A stretch of DNA of 64,000 nucleotides from Candidatus Latescibacterota bacterium (GTDB taxonomy: Bacteria > Latescibacterota > UBA2968), in the NCBI GenBank assembly GCA_965198115.1, contig OZ240241.1, positions 4,064,001 to 4,128,000 on the forward strand. Direction: 5' to 3'. This document shows positions 1 through 10,275 of this stretch, one piece after another. Made by a program: the position numbers and the translations under genes. The notes beneath the pieces were generated by a model. It did not search any database and had not been told where the DNA came from. It was given only the letters and a program-made list of their open reading frames with translations. The first letter of the stretch is position 1. Every line of letters starts with the position of its first letter.

Positions 1-352
1 GATCGGAGCGAGAATCCAAACGACGGAAGTCGGGCACCGCCTCGATCGTGCCCAATGCCGTGCCAGCCATACCCGAACTCGATCAGAAACCGACGGCCGT
101 CTTTGAGAAGGTGCTCGGCCGCACCGTCGATGCCCCGTCGAACCGACCCGTTCTCAGTCGGGGCTCGCCGAAAACCTCGTCGACCGGCTGACAGTATCGC
201 ATCGATGCGAATGCACAGACGGGTGGCACGACGTGCCGCCCGTCTTTCCTATGTCTGCTGGTCACAGATCAACCAATCCCTCCGTTGCACTCCGATCGAC
301 GACCCGTATATTGAGAAAATCCACGCCGTTCCACTAAAAGCCCGAGGATGAC

Positions 353-1063
353 ATGGAACGCTTCGTCGGCACTAGCGGATACAACTACAAAGAATGGAAG
401 GGCGTTTTTTATCCCGAGAAGACCGCCTCGAAGGATATGTTGCGCTACTATGCGAGTCAGCTCAACACGGTCGAAATCAACAACACTTTCTATCGCGTCC
501 CTAAGCCCCACGTCGTCGAATCCTGGGTGGAGCAGGTCCCAAAAGCCTTTCGATTCGTCACGAAGGCGACGCGCCGGATCACCCACATCAAGCGACTCAA
601 GGAAGCCGGCGAGGAAACTGAATATTTTCTTGGCATCGCATCCCACTTCGGACCGTCGCTCGGCGCGATCCTCTTCCAGCTTCCTCCTTTCTTGCGTGGC
701 GACGTCGATCGTCTGCGAGCGTTCGTCGACAACCTTCCGGAAGGCACGCGAGCTGCGTTCGAATTCCGTCACGACAGCTGGTATGTAGACGAGGTGTTCG
801 ACACGCTTCGAGAGCGGAATCTCGCTCTGTGTTTCGCGCACGACGAAGAGGACACCGATGAAGATGTGGCACTGCGGTATGTGTCTACGGCCGACTGGGG
901 CTATCTGCGACTGAGAGCCAAGGGCTACAGTGACGAGGAGCTCAAGCATTGGTCCGACAGCATCGATGCGAACGGCTGGAAGGAATCCTACATCTTCTTC
1001 AAACACGAGGATGATGGGGCGGGACCCGACCTTGCCGCCCGATTCAACGCGCTGTCGGAGTAA
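353..1063 (+). CDS. DUF72 domain-containing protein (YecE/YunF-like TIM barrel)
   Basis: VGTSGYNYKEWKGVFYP, TVEINNTFYR, F-x-x-KA..ITH, LFQLPP, AFEFRH, YLRLR family motifs. Confidence 0.93.
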   Translation: MERFVGTSGYNYKEWKGVFYPEKTASKDMLRYYASQLNTVEINNTFYRVPKPHVVESWVEQVPKAFRFVTKATRRITHIKRLKEAGEETEYFLGIASHFGPSLGAILFQLPPFLRGDVDRLRAFVDNLPEGTRAAFEFRHDSWYVDEVFDTLRERNLALCFAHDEEDTDEDVALRYVSTADWGYLRLRAKGYSDEELKHWSDSIDANGWKESYIFFKHEDDGAGPDLAARFNALSE

Positions 1064-1152
1064 ACAACCTCTCCATAGACCCTCACCTCACCCGTACCCT
1101 CAAATCCAAAAAGACACGTCCCACAGGCGTGTTCTTTGCCACGAGCGCATAG

Positions 1153-1878
1153 GTGTCACGCGTCGAAGGACACTACAAGCAGCTCCTATCCCGTCACTAC
1201 ACGTGGTTGTGTGGGGGCCTTGAATCCAACACTGAGCGTAACCTTGGGTTCTTCGCCGAAACCGGGCTCGTTCCAGCGCAGGATGACCTGGCAGTCGATC
1301 TTGGATCCGGATCCGGCTTCCAGTCCGTGGCGCTCGCCCGACTGGGTTACCGTGTCCTGGCCATCGACCAGTCCGAGGACCTTCTGACCGAACTGCAGCG
1401 TGCATCGTCGGACCTTCCGATCCAGACCGTTCAAGATGACCTGATCCATTTCGAAAGACACCTCGACACCACGCCTTCCCTCATTGTCTGCATGGGGGAC
1501 ACGATTACACATCTTGACGGTCTCGAGGCCATCCAGCTTCTCTTTCACGATATCCACACCTGTCTGGACCCCAAGGGACGCTTCGTCCTCAGCTTTCGCG
1601 ACCTGGGTGTCGAACTCGAAGGAGACGATCGCATCATCCCTCTCAAAAACGACGATGAAACCATCTTCACCTGCTTCCTCGAATATGAAGACGATTTCGT
1701 AACAGTCAACGACATCGTCTACGAACGAAGGGACGGAGACTGGCATCTCTATCGCAGTAGCTATAGGAAAGTTCGTCTTACATCCGCCCACATTCACGAT
1801 CTCTTCCCCAAGATCGGTTTCGAGATCGTCTCCTCAAAAGTCGAAGACGGCTTCGTCACACTCGTCGCCCGCAAATAA
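1153..1878 (+). CDS. Class I SAM-dependent methyltransferase
   Basis: VDLGSGSG SAM-binding motif I, LAIDQS, CMGDTITH. Confidence 0.9.
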   Translation: MSRVEGHYKQLLSRHYTWLCGGLESNTERNLGFFAETGLVPAQDDLAVDLGSGSGFQSVALARLGYRVLAIDQSEDLLTELQRASSDLPIQTVQDDLIHFERHLDTTPSLIVCMGDTITHLDGLEAIQLLFHDIHTCLDPKGRFVLSFRDLGVELEGDDRIIPLKNDDETIFTCFLEYEDDFVTVNDIVYERRDGDWHLYRSSYRKVRLTSAHIHDLFPKIGFEIVSSKVEDGFVTLVARK

Positions 1879-1892
1879 GTCTGGGATCTATC

Positions 1893-2750
1893 GTGGGAAA
1901 CCCTCACACCTTCAATCTCGGGAACTTCGAACTCACCATCATCTCCGAGGGCAACGTCTACGGGGATCCGGCTATCGTCTTCGAGGGCATGGATGAATCC
2001 GTATGGCGCCCTCTCACGACACTCGACGACCGCGGCCGACTCGTCTTCGGCCTCAACATCATCCTCGTCCGGACGGCCGATCGTCTGGTCCTCCTCGACA
2101 CGGGAATCGGCGAACCGAACGAAGCACGCGAACGGTTCGAATCGATGTTCCCCTTTGAGCCGCATCTGCCCCTGCTAGGCGCCTTCGGCACCCTCGGGAT
2201 TTCACCCAGCGATGTAACCGACGTCGTGTATTCGCACGTTCACGCCGACCACATTATGGGAACGACCGTCGATCGTGAAGGAATCCGCGTCCCCTCCTTC
2301 CCCAAGGCACATCACTTCATGCACCGTGCGGACGGCGGCCAGGTGCCTGAGCGTCCAGACCGCAGGGCAAACTACAACCTGCACATCCCCATCCTGCAGG
2401 AACACGGTTTGTTCAACCTCACCGACGGCGGTCACGAGATCGCCCCTGGTATCACCACCATCCACGCCCCGGGCGAATCACCGGGCCACATTCTCGTGCG
2501 ACTCGAATCACAAGGTCACATCGCCTACTATGTGGGCGACCTCTTTCACGACCCGTGCGAGGCCGAGCATATCGACTTTGTCTGGCCCGGCCGGGACGCG
2601 GCAGCGATGATCCCATCCCGCAAAGACCTGATCGACCGCGCCACTCGAGAGAGCGCACTGCTCCTCGTCGCCCACACCCCCTTTCCGGGAACGGCACGAA
2701 TCGCCCGGGAAGGCGGTCCTATCGACTGGCAGGTCGTCGAGAACCCCTAA
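1893..2750 (+). CDS. MBL-fold metallo-hydrolase
   Basis: LLDTG, SHVHADH (HxHxDH), PGESPGH, GDLFH. Confidence 0.9.
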   Translation: MGNPHTFNLGNFELTIISEGNVYGDPAIVFEGMDESVWRPLTTLDDRGRLVFGLNIILVRTADRLVLLDTGIGEPNEARERFESMFPFEPHLPLLGAFGTLGISPSDVTDVVYSHVHADHIMGTTVDREGIRVPSFPKAHHFMHRADGGQVPERPDRRANYNLHIPILQEHGLFNLTDGGHEIAPGITTIHAPGESPGHILVRLESQGHIAYYVGDLFHDPCEAEHIDFVWPGRDAAAMIPSRKDLIDRATRESALLLVAHTPFPGTARIAREGGPIDWQVVENP

Positions 2751-2797
2751 ATCATCCACGAGTCCACACGCGAGAACCGATCCTGTCGGAGGACACC

Positions 2798-4432
2798 ATG
2801 CTACGCACTATCGTCACCGCCACACTCTTCACCGCATCCATTGCATTCGGTCAAGACGATGGACCCATCGCCGGCCTCCTCGGGGGCATGGGCGACCACC
2901 AGTACGCTGTTACGACAGACGACCCCCTGGTCCAGCGCTTCTTCGATCAGGGCCTCGTGCTCACCTACGGATTCAACCATCTCGAAGCAGAGCTCTCCTT
3001 CCGAGAGGCGGCTCGCCGCGAACCCGACTGCGCCATGGCGTGGTGGGGTGTCGCCCTCGTCCAGGGTCCCAATATCAACTTGGGCATGCAGCCCGATGCG
3101 GTGCCCAAAGCGTGGGAATCCATTCAGAGGGCGCTGGCACTTCGCGAATCCGTCTCCGACAAGGAGCGGGGCCTGATCGACGCACTCGCGCAGCGCTACG
3201 AGCCAACGGCTTCCGACGACCGATCGACCCTCGACCAAGCCTACGCGGACGCGATGAGCGACCTACATGCTCGGTATCCCGGCGACACGGACATTGGGAC
3301 CCTTTACGCCGAGTCGCTCATGGACCTCCACCCGTGGGACTATTGGGAGGCCAACGGCGTGCCCAAACCGTGGGCGAACGACATTCTGGCCGTGCTCGAC
3401 GATGTGCTCACGAAGGATCCCGACAACCCGGGCGCGAACCATCTTTACGTGCACGCCATCGAAGCGTCCAAAACACCGAACAAGGGGGTGCCGAGCGCCA
3501 ACCGGCTGCGCGTGTCCGTCCCTGGCGCCGGCCACCTGCTGCACATGCCGTCGCATATCGACATCCGCGTCGGCACCTACAAGGAAGGGATGATCGCGAA
3601 CGAGAAATCAATCGAAGCGGATGATCAATATTTCAGCACGACCTGTGGACGACCCGGGGTCTACACCCTCGCGTACTACCCGCACAACTGGCACTTCCTA
3701 TGGGCCACCGCGACACTCGCCGGCGACAGAGCCAAGGCCATATCCGCCGCCCGTGGACTCGTCACGAAAGTCGACACAGCAGCCATGCGTGCCATGAAGC
3801 TGGCTGCCCTCGAGCACTTCCTGACGATCCCCATCCACACCCTCGTCAAATTCGAAGAATGGGAGGGCGTCCTGGCCGAGCCGCAACCCCCGGCCGACCT
3901 TACTTACTCACAGGGAATATGGCGCTACGCCCGGGCGATCGCATTCGCCCGCACGGACGAAATCGGCAACGCCAGGCAGGAGCTTTCTGCACTCCGGACA
4001 ATCGCCGCGGACACGTCGCTCACGGAATATCGAATCTGGGACATCAACAGCACCGCAGAGGTCCTCACCATCGCCCGAGAAGTCGCCACCGGGGAGATCG
4101 CGGCTGCCGACGGCGAAACCGACTGGGCGCTCAAGCATCTGCACGACGCCGTCACCCTCGAGGACCAGCTTCGTTACACCGAGCCATCGGACTGGCCAGC
4201 CTCCACCCGTCACACCTTGGGTCGTGTGCTCCTGAACGCTGGACACCACAAGGAGGCGGAACTGACCTTCAAAGAGGATCTCGCCATCTATCCCGAAAAC
4301 GGCTGGGCCCTCCAGGGGCTCCTCGAAGGCTATCGGACAACCGGGAATGCAGAAGGCTCGGCCGATACACAGAAACGTCTGGCCGAAGCGTGGGCCCACG
4401 CCGACATCGAGCCCGGGACCATCGGCCTCTGA
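2798..4432 (+). CDS. Secreted tetratricopeptide-repeat protein
   Basis: Start moved to ATG 2798 (GGAGG RBS, signal peptide MLRTIVTATLFTASIAFG); FFDQGL..YGFNH.EA, PDNPGANHLYVHA, HMPSHI, PENGWAL helical-repeat motifs. Confidence 0.85.
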   Translation: MLRTIVTATLFTASIAFGQDDGPIAGLLGGMGDHQYAVTTDDPLVQRFFDQGLVLTYGFNHLEAELSFREAARREPDCAMAWWGVALVQGPNINLGMQPDAVPKAWESIQRALALRESVSDKERGLIDALAQRYEPTASDDRSTLDQAYADAMSDLHARYPGDTDIGTLYAESLMDLHPWDYWEANGVPKPWANDILAVLDDVLTKDPDNPGANHLYVHAIEASKTPNKGVPSANRLRVSVPGAGHLLHMPSHIDIRVGTYKEGMIANEKSIEADDQYFSTTCGRPGVYTLAYYPHNWHFLWATATLAGDRAKAISAARGLVTKVDTAAMRAMKLAALEHFLTIPIHTLVKFEEWEGVLAEPQPPADLTYSQGIWRYARAIAFARTDEIGNARQELSALRTIAADTSLTEYRIWDINSTAEVLTIAREVATGEIAAADGETDWALKHLHDAVTLEDQLRYTEPSDWPASTRHTLGRVLLNAGHHKEAELTFKEDLAIYPENGWALQGLLEGYRTTGNAEGSADTQKRLAEAWAHADIEPGTIGL

Positions 4433-4460
4433 ACCCAAACAATGTTGGATTCCCACAGGA

Positions 4461-4493
4461 AAGGGGCGCTCTCAATCGATGAGGGCGCCCCTT
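4461..4493. terminator. Probable bidirectional terminator hairpin between convergent genes
   Basis: AAGGGGCGCTCTCA-atcga-TGAGGGCGCCCCTT inverted repeat between the stops at 4432 and 4520. Confidence 0.6.
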
Positions 4494-4519
4494 CTCGTGT
4501 CGTGACAATCTCATAACAA

Positions 4520-5935
4520 TCAGCACTCGAGCCTCTTTCGCTCGGCTTCTACCTCTTCACACCATTCCTCCAGCTCAGACAGCATCCTGGCAGCGCGCTC
4601 TGGTTCGCGTTCGGCTAGGTTGTCTGCTTCCGCACGATCCGATTCGACATCGTAGAGCTCGATCGGAAGAGGATCGGGAATGGTGCGCTCCGGCTCCGGG
4701 TCGGTCATCAGGCGAACGCGTTCCGGATGGTATTTGTACTCGATGTCCAGTTCGACGTAGCGCGCCATAAGCTCAGCCGAACGATCGTTCGCAGGTGGCA
4801 TCGTCAGAGCCGGCCGAATGAGCTTGAAACACCCGTCCCGTATCGCTGCGTTCGAAGTGTAGACGGGTTCGCTCCCACTCCACTGCCAGAACCGCATCGG
4901 TGGCTCCGACACCTCCCCACCGCACAGCACGTTCTGTTGATTCTGCCCATCGATTGGCCGCGTTTCAGGCAACTCGACGCCCGCCATCGCGGCCAGTGTG
5001 GGAAACCAATCCGTAAAGTGGATCAGATCCGTGACCTCGCGGTCCGACTCGAGACCATCCGTCCATCGCACGATCATCGGAACACGGATTCCACCCTCGT
5101 AAACCGAGCCCTTCCCTGCTCGCAACCCCGCATTTGGTCGACGTGTATCCGTCGACCAACCTTCCGGCACCTGATCGTCACGAAGCCTCATCGCGGGCCC
5201 ATTGTCGCTCGTGAACATCACGATCGTGTTGTCTGCAACCCCGAGCTTTTCCAGCTCCTCCAGAACCTGCCCAACACCCGCGTCCATCACCTCGATCATC
5301 GCATAAGTCGCCGCAATCTGCTCTGAGTGACCCGCCTCCCGATAACTTTACTGCCACATCCGCCGGTGCCTGAAGCGGCGAATACGGGGCGTTGTAGGGC
5401 AGCATCATAAAGAAAGGCTCTGCCCGATGCTGTCTCACGAATGCGATCGCCTCATCCGTCAACACATCCGTCAGGTAGCGCCCGTCCGACCGCTCGCGCC
5501 GGCCGTTTCGCTCGACCCACCAGTCCCAGTAGTCCATCCACCCGCCCCGGAACCCGACGAACGTATCGATCCCCGAGCATTTGGATGGTAGCGGTCATCG
5601 AGCGCACCGTTGTGCCATTTCCCAATCAGCCCTGTCGCATAACCGCCCTGCTTGAAAACATCCCCGATCGTTGCTTCGTCCAACGCGATGCGATCCTTCC
5701 CCCGCACTTCCTGTGGCGACAGAGCGCCAGTTCTGTGGGCGTATCGCCCCGTCAGCAGCGAAGCGCGAGCAGGCGAACAGACCGGCGATCCGGAGTAGTG
5801 TTGAGTCAGGCACAGACCTTCCCCAATCAGCGCGTCGAGATGCGGGGTCCTCACCCGCCCCTCGCTGAACGCCCCAAAATCACCGTAGCCCATGTCATCG
5901 GCCACGATCAGGATGATGTTTGGTTTAGTCGCCAA
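4520..5935 (-). CDS. Arylsulfatase A-like sulfatase, two apparent frameshifts (~5570, ~5340)
   Basis: KPNIILIVADDMG, CSPAR formylglycine motif, GKWH, FTSDNG, YEGGIRVP spread over three ORFs (5471-5935, 5178-5537, 4520-5299). Confidence 0.88.
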
Positions 5936-6054
5936 TCAGATAAAGCTGCTTCGCATACCTGCCACAAGGCCCGAACAGGGAAATGCCGTACGATCGGGTT
6001 GAAAGCGTCCACGTTCCCGTTCAAGACCAGCCTGGATCTGTTCCGCGAGATCTG

Positions 6055-6462
6055 TCACGGGGTAGTCGTTTTGCTCGTGAAGATGAGACCATTCTTGAAC
6101 GGATCGCTAAGATGAAGCTCGGTCTTTTCCCAGGGCTGGTCGACCAGTTCCATTCCGTGATGAGTGGTGGCAGACTCCTCGAGCATCTGGGTGTTTCTGG
6201 CTTTCAGGTCATCGAAGAATGCGTGCACATCCTCCACATCCGCCAGAATCCCGGTGCCCTCCGGAACCTTGTGTTCGGTCAAGTGAAGCGCCAGCTCCCC
6301 CTTCGTGATCCCGGGACTCACCCCTCTCGAAATTCCCATGTAGACAGGGAGACCTGGCTGGTGTCGCCACTCGAAATCGATCTTGAATCCGAGAAAATCG
6401 ACGTAAAATGGCAATGCCTCATCGTAACTCTGGATGTAGAAGGTGGGATATACGCGCGACAT
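6055..6462 (-). CDS. VOC/glyoxalase (bleomycin-resistance-like) protein
   Basis: ALPFYVDFLGFKIDFEW, LHLTEH, DQPW..TE...DPF.N. Confidence 0.88.
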   Translation of the reverse strand: MSRVYPTFYIQSYDEALPFYVDFLGFKIDFEWRHQPGLPVYMGISRGVSPGITKGELALHLTEHKVPEGTGILADVEDVHAFFDDLKARNTQMLEESATTHHGMELVDQPWEKTELHLSDPFKNGLIFTSKTTTP

Positions 6463-6589
6463 TTTGACTCCTCTGTTTCGCACTTCAGTGCCTCTCGGCG
6501 TCCTGTCTCTGTGGTCCCCGCGTCCTCTGCGCTAATGTCTTTCCCCTCCGCGCCGGAGCCTGCCCCGAGCGGAGTCGAGGGGTGTTGCT

Positions 6590-7633
6590 CTACCCACCCA
6601 GCGGCAAGTGCACCGTGGCGTGGTCTTCGACGGACCGGAATACCGCCTCAGTAAACTCCATGTACTTCACGCCCTGGTAAAACGTCGATTCCGGTTCGCC
6701 TGCGAAGCGTCCCTGAATCGCGTCGATGAAGTCCTGCTCGACGGTCCATTCACGGATCTCGCCCTCCGGAACCGTCAGCTCTTTCATTTCATCGTCACCC
6801 GTTTTGCCACCCAGAATCTGATGGCTCCCCAGGTAGTAAACCATCGCGCCTTCACTGCCATAGGCCTCGATGCTGCCGGGATGCGTCATCTGAGAAAGAC
6901 CTGAAAAAACGAGTGTCGCCAGGGCACCACTCTCCATTTCGGCCAGAATGTTGACCAAGTCGGGGCGCTCGACCGGGCCCAGCCCCCCGTCCACCGGCCG
7001 CTCCTTGGTGTAAGTCTTGCCCTGAGCCGAAACCGACGACGCGTAACCGAACCAGCGATGCACGTATTCGACGAGCATGCCGAGCCGTAACGTGTTGAGG
7101 CCGGAATAGCGAGCCATCTGACGCCAGGTCAGCGCACCATCAGGATCAACCAGGTCGCCGTTCGTGCACCGCACGTAGATGTTGTAGACGTCGCCCAGAA
7201 ACCCCTCGTCGATCAGCCGTCGAACGAACCAGTCTCCCCGCAAGCAATGCGGTGGCGGACAGATCTGCACCACGCGGTCCGACTCCATCGCCCTGCCGTG
7301 CATCAGCCGCGCCTCCGCGTAGTCCATCGCCATACGAGCCTGCACAAAAACGTGTTTGCCCGCGTCCAGGGATTCGATCACGAGCGGACAGTGGAGATAC
7401 GGCCACGTTCCGATCATCACCGCGTCGACGTCGTCACGAGCGATCAGCACGTGAGGATCCGTAACGATGTCGGGGCGTAGACCGAAGTCATCTGCGATCT
7501 TTCGACCGCTCTCTTCACTTCGATTGCAGACCGCCACCACCTCAGCGTCATCGATCTTGGCCAAACCTGGGAAGTGACGACTCCGGAAGATGCCGCCCGC
7601 ACCGATCACACCGATTCGAACTGTATCCGCCAT
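6590..7633 (-). CDS. Gfo/Idh/MocA family oxidoreductase
   Basis: RIGVIGAG Rossmann start, DVDAVMIGTWPYLH, AGKHVFVQARM. Confidence 0.92.
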   Translation of the reverse strand: MADTVRIGVIGAGGIFRSRHFPGLAKIDDAEVVAVCNRSEESGRKIADDFGLRPDIVTDPHVLIARDDVDAVMIGTWPYLHCPLVIESLDAGKHVFVQARMAMDYAEARLMHGRAMESDRVVQICPPPHCLRGDWFVRRLIDEGFLGDVYNIYVRCTNGDLVDPDGALTWRQMARYSGLNTLRLGMLVEYVHRWFGYASSVSAQGKTYTKERPVDGGLGPVERPDLVNILAEMESGALATLVFSGLSQMTHPGSIEAYGSEGAMVYYLGSHQILGGKTGDDEMKELTVPEGEIREWTVEQDFIDAIQGRFAGEPESTFYQGVKYMEFTEAVFRSVEDHATVHLPLGG

Positions 7634-7661
7634 CGTTCCTCCAATTCTCGACTCGCGATCA

Positions 7662-9584
7662 TCAGTTCTTGATGAACAGTTGTTCGTGAAAAACGGGCCG
7701 GCTCCACCCCATGTAGGCGTCTTCCGTCGTCACCTCTTCGGGCACGTTCCCCAGCCGCGTGCCGGATCCCCAGACTGGCGTCACGAAGCCGGCGTTGATG
7801 AACGGGACCTCTTCCGTCACACGGTCGCGTACCTGCACCATTTTCGATAGGACCTCTGCGGGGTCGATCGTCGCACCCGCCTCCTCGATCCATCGCGAAA
7901 GCTCGTGGAGCCAGGGTGGGCCGACCGATGCCGCATTCCTGTGCCAGAAGGGACGATTGGGGCCCGTGATCGCCCATTGATGCCGATTGATCGACGGGTC
8001 GCTCGGCAAGCTCCTCCCCCAGAAGACATCGAAGTCACCCGCATTTCGTCTTGGAAGAATGATGTCACGCAAAGCGATGTTCAGGCTCACGTCGATCCCG
8101 AGCGCGCGCCACTGCTCGGCAACGAGTTCGCAGACGTCGATGCCCATGCCGGATATAACATCGATCGTGATCGCAAACCTCGTACCGTCGGCAAACTCTC
8201 GGAAACCGTCCCTGTCCCCGTCCACCAGTCCGGCCTCGTCGAGCAACGCCCTCGCCTTTGCCGGATCGTACGCTGCATAGGTTGGCATCAGGCTCGGGTC
8301 GTGGTAGACGCTGGAAGGGCCGAATGTCGTACCGGCAGGTTCCAGAAGTCCGTGATAGACGATCTGACCCAGCTCTTCCCGATCGATCCCGTGCGACAGC
8401 GCCATCCGCACGCGTCGATCCCTGAAGGCGTGTGCCAGCGCCTCTCGGGGCGCATCCCAGTTGAGGTAAAGAACCGACGCAGGCACGGGAGCTGCGAATC
8501 GCAGCTTGAACTTGCCGTCCCGCTCGGCGGTCTTCAGCGTCGAATACATGTTGATCTGCGCGTATCGGCCGAAAAGATCGATCTCCCCATTCATGAACTT
8601 GAGCAATATGACCTGAGGATCGAGTATGATGTTGAAGACGATTCGATCCGCGTAGGGCAGCTGATTGCCTTCTGAATCTATTTTGAAGTAGTAGGGGTTC
8701 CGCTCATAGACGACGCGTTGACCGCGTACCCATTCGACCGGGACCCACGGAGACAATCTTGGGAGGTTCGGCTTCAGAATCAGCTTCCCGGCCGTCGTGC
8801 TGTCCCTGAAGCCTTCGTACGTCGCATCCGGATTGTACTTGGGGTGGAGAGACGACAGAATGTGCTTCGGATAGGCGATCCAGTAATTGCTGACGAGGTC
8901 GAGGACCCGTCCGAGGGGCTTATGTGACGTCACCCTGAGCGTAAGGTTGTCGACCTTGGACATCTGAACTGGCTGACCTTCAACCAAAAAGTTGCTCGGG
9001 AAGAGCGGCCGGCTTCGGGCGTCGTCGTTCACCAGCATGTCGTCATACCAGAACAGAATGTCATCGACCGTGAACGGGACGCCATCCGACCATTTGATCC
9101 CCTTTCGAATCCGGAAAATAGCCGTCCTTCCCTCATCCTCGAACGAGTAGCTCTCCGCCAGATTGGGCACGATCCGTTTGGACAGATTCGGACGCTCGTA
9201 GTCCATCAGATTCTCGGTCAGCGTCTTGATCAGCCCGGGGGTCTGAACGATGTCCCCCGTCAACGCCCGTTTGAGCTCTCCACCGTAGCGTCCGATCTCC
9301 TCCACGGGTACGATCACGACAGGATCATCAGGCAGTCTGTCGGAAACGGGCGGCAGACGACCCTGGCGGACACGTTCGGCCAGCATCGGGGCCTCACCGA
9401 ACCGCCGCTCCTCCAGAACCCTCGGATCGATCGTCAGCGGTGCGGTCATCTGACCGACACTCTGGTCTCGCCCAGCGGTGGCGAGACCCGCAATCTCCGT
9501 CTTGCGAACCGGGTTGTCAGGCAGACACCCGTAGGAGAGCGAAAAGACCGTCACGATCACCGCCCTGCAAATCCAGATCATCAC
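7662..9584 (-). CDS. ABC transporter substrate-binding protein, family 5 (peptide/nickel), probable lipoprotein
   Basis: EAPMLAERVRQGRLPPVSDRLP, RKGIKWSDGVPFTVDD, RNPYYFKID..GNQLPY; lipobox-like LSYGC. Confidence 0.92.
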   Translation of the reverse strand: MMIWICRAVIVTVFSLSYGCLPDNPVRKTEIAGLATAGRDQSVGQMTAPLTIDPRVLEERRFGEAPMLAERVRQGRLPPVSDRLPDDPVVIVPVEEIGRYGGELKRALTGDIVQTPGLIKTLTENLMDYERPNLSKRIVPNLAESYSFEDEGRTAIFRIRKGIKWSDGVPFTVDDILFWYDDMLVNDDARSRPLFPSNFLVEGQPVQMSKVDNLTLRVTSHKPLGRVLDLVSNYWIAYPKHILSSLHPKYNPDATYEGFRDSTTAGKLILKPNLPRLSPWVPVEWVRGQRVVYERNPYYFKIDSEGNQLPYADRIVFNIILDPQVILLKFMNGEIDLFGRYAQINMYSTLKTAERDGKFKLRFAAPVPASVLYLNWDAPREALAHAFRDRRVRMALSHGIDREELGQIVYHGLLEPAGTTFGPSSVYHDPSLMPTYAAYDPAKARALLDEAGLVDGDRDGFREFADGTRFAITIDVISGMGIDVCELVAEQWRALGIDVSLNIALRDIILPRRNAGDFDVFWGRSLPSDPSINRHQWAITGPNRPFWHRNAASVGPPWLHELSRWIEEAGATIDPAEVLSKMVQVRDRVTEEVPFINAGFVTPVWGSGTRLGNVPEEVTTEDAYMGWSRPVFHEQLFIKN

Positions 9585-10075
9585 AAGCCTCGTCGGGATC
9601 TATTCCATTACCCATTGCACAGCGCGGGGAGAAGCGACCGGCGCCATCTCCCCGCGTTGAAACATCCTCGGCTGCGACTCCGGACGGGACGCCCGGTATC
9701 GCCTTACGACGTCAACTGTCCGTTCAGCAAGTTCTTGAGGTCGATCGATGAATCGATCTCGGGTTGTGCAAACCACTCCGGCCAGTATTCCTCTGCCCGC
9801 TCGTTGATCTTGTAGTCGATGCTCTCGAACGCTGCTTTCACGTCTCGGATCAAGGTCAAGGTCTCGCGTGAGGTTCATCGCGAGCAGGCGGCATCAAGAC
9901 CAGAGGAGGTGTGGAGATGAGCGAACGAAGTGTGGAAAGGAGGTCAGCCGAACATCTCAGTCAGGCGGGAAATCAATCGGTACGAACGGGAAGACATCGG
10001 ATATGCAATGGAGGCAGGAGGGATGAACGCGAGGAATCCGATTGGAGACACAAGCCGGCTGAAGCCACGGAAGGT

Positions 10076-10190
10076 CTATATGGGGATCGGGCCGGCGAAC
10101 GTCTCGAGCAACGCATCAAGTTCCAGGAGTCGCACGGGCTTGTAAAAGTACGTCCATCCCGGGCATGCGGATATCGATCAGATCCACGTA
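10076..10190 (-). pseudogene. Remnant of a response-regulator receiver gene
   Basis: Minus strand reads YVDLIDIRMPGMD, then in another frame YKPVRLLELDALLETFAGPIPI*, matching the receivers at 22.5 and 24.8 kb with the middle deleted. Confidence 0.6.
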
Positions 10191-10275
10191 TCACACGCCT
10201 GTAGCACGCAGCAACAAGGTCGATTAGCTGCAATCATTGTTATCACTATTTTAGGACGGATGCGCGTTCTTCGAA

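Noticed and set aside
1-340. Possible gene end at the window start and short ORFs 55-351 and 83-265
   Set aside because: No recognisable motif; a frame ending near 191 may be a gene tail but cannot be supported
7662-9584. Orphan ABC substrate-binding protein as part of the signalling island
   Set aside because: Separated by ~700 bp with no sigma54 motif seen; orphan binding proteins are common
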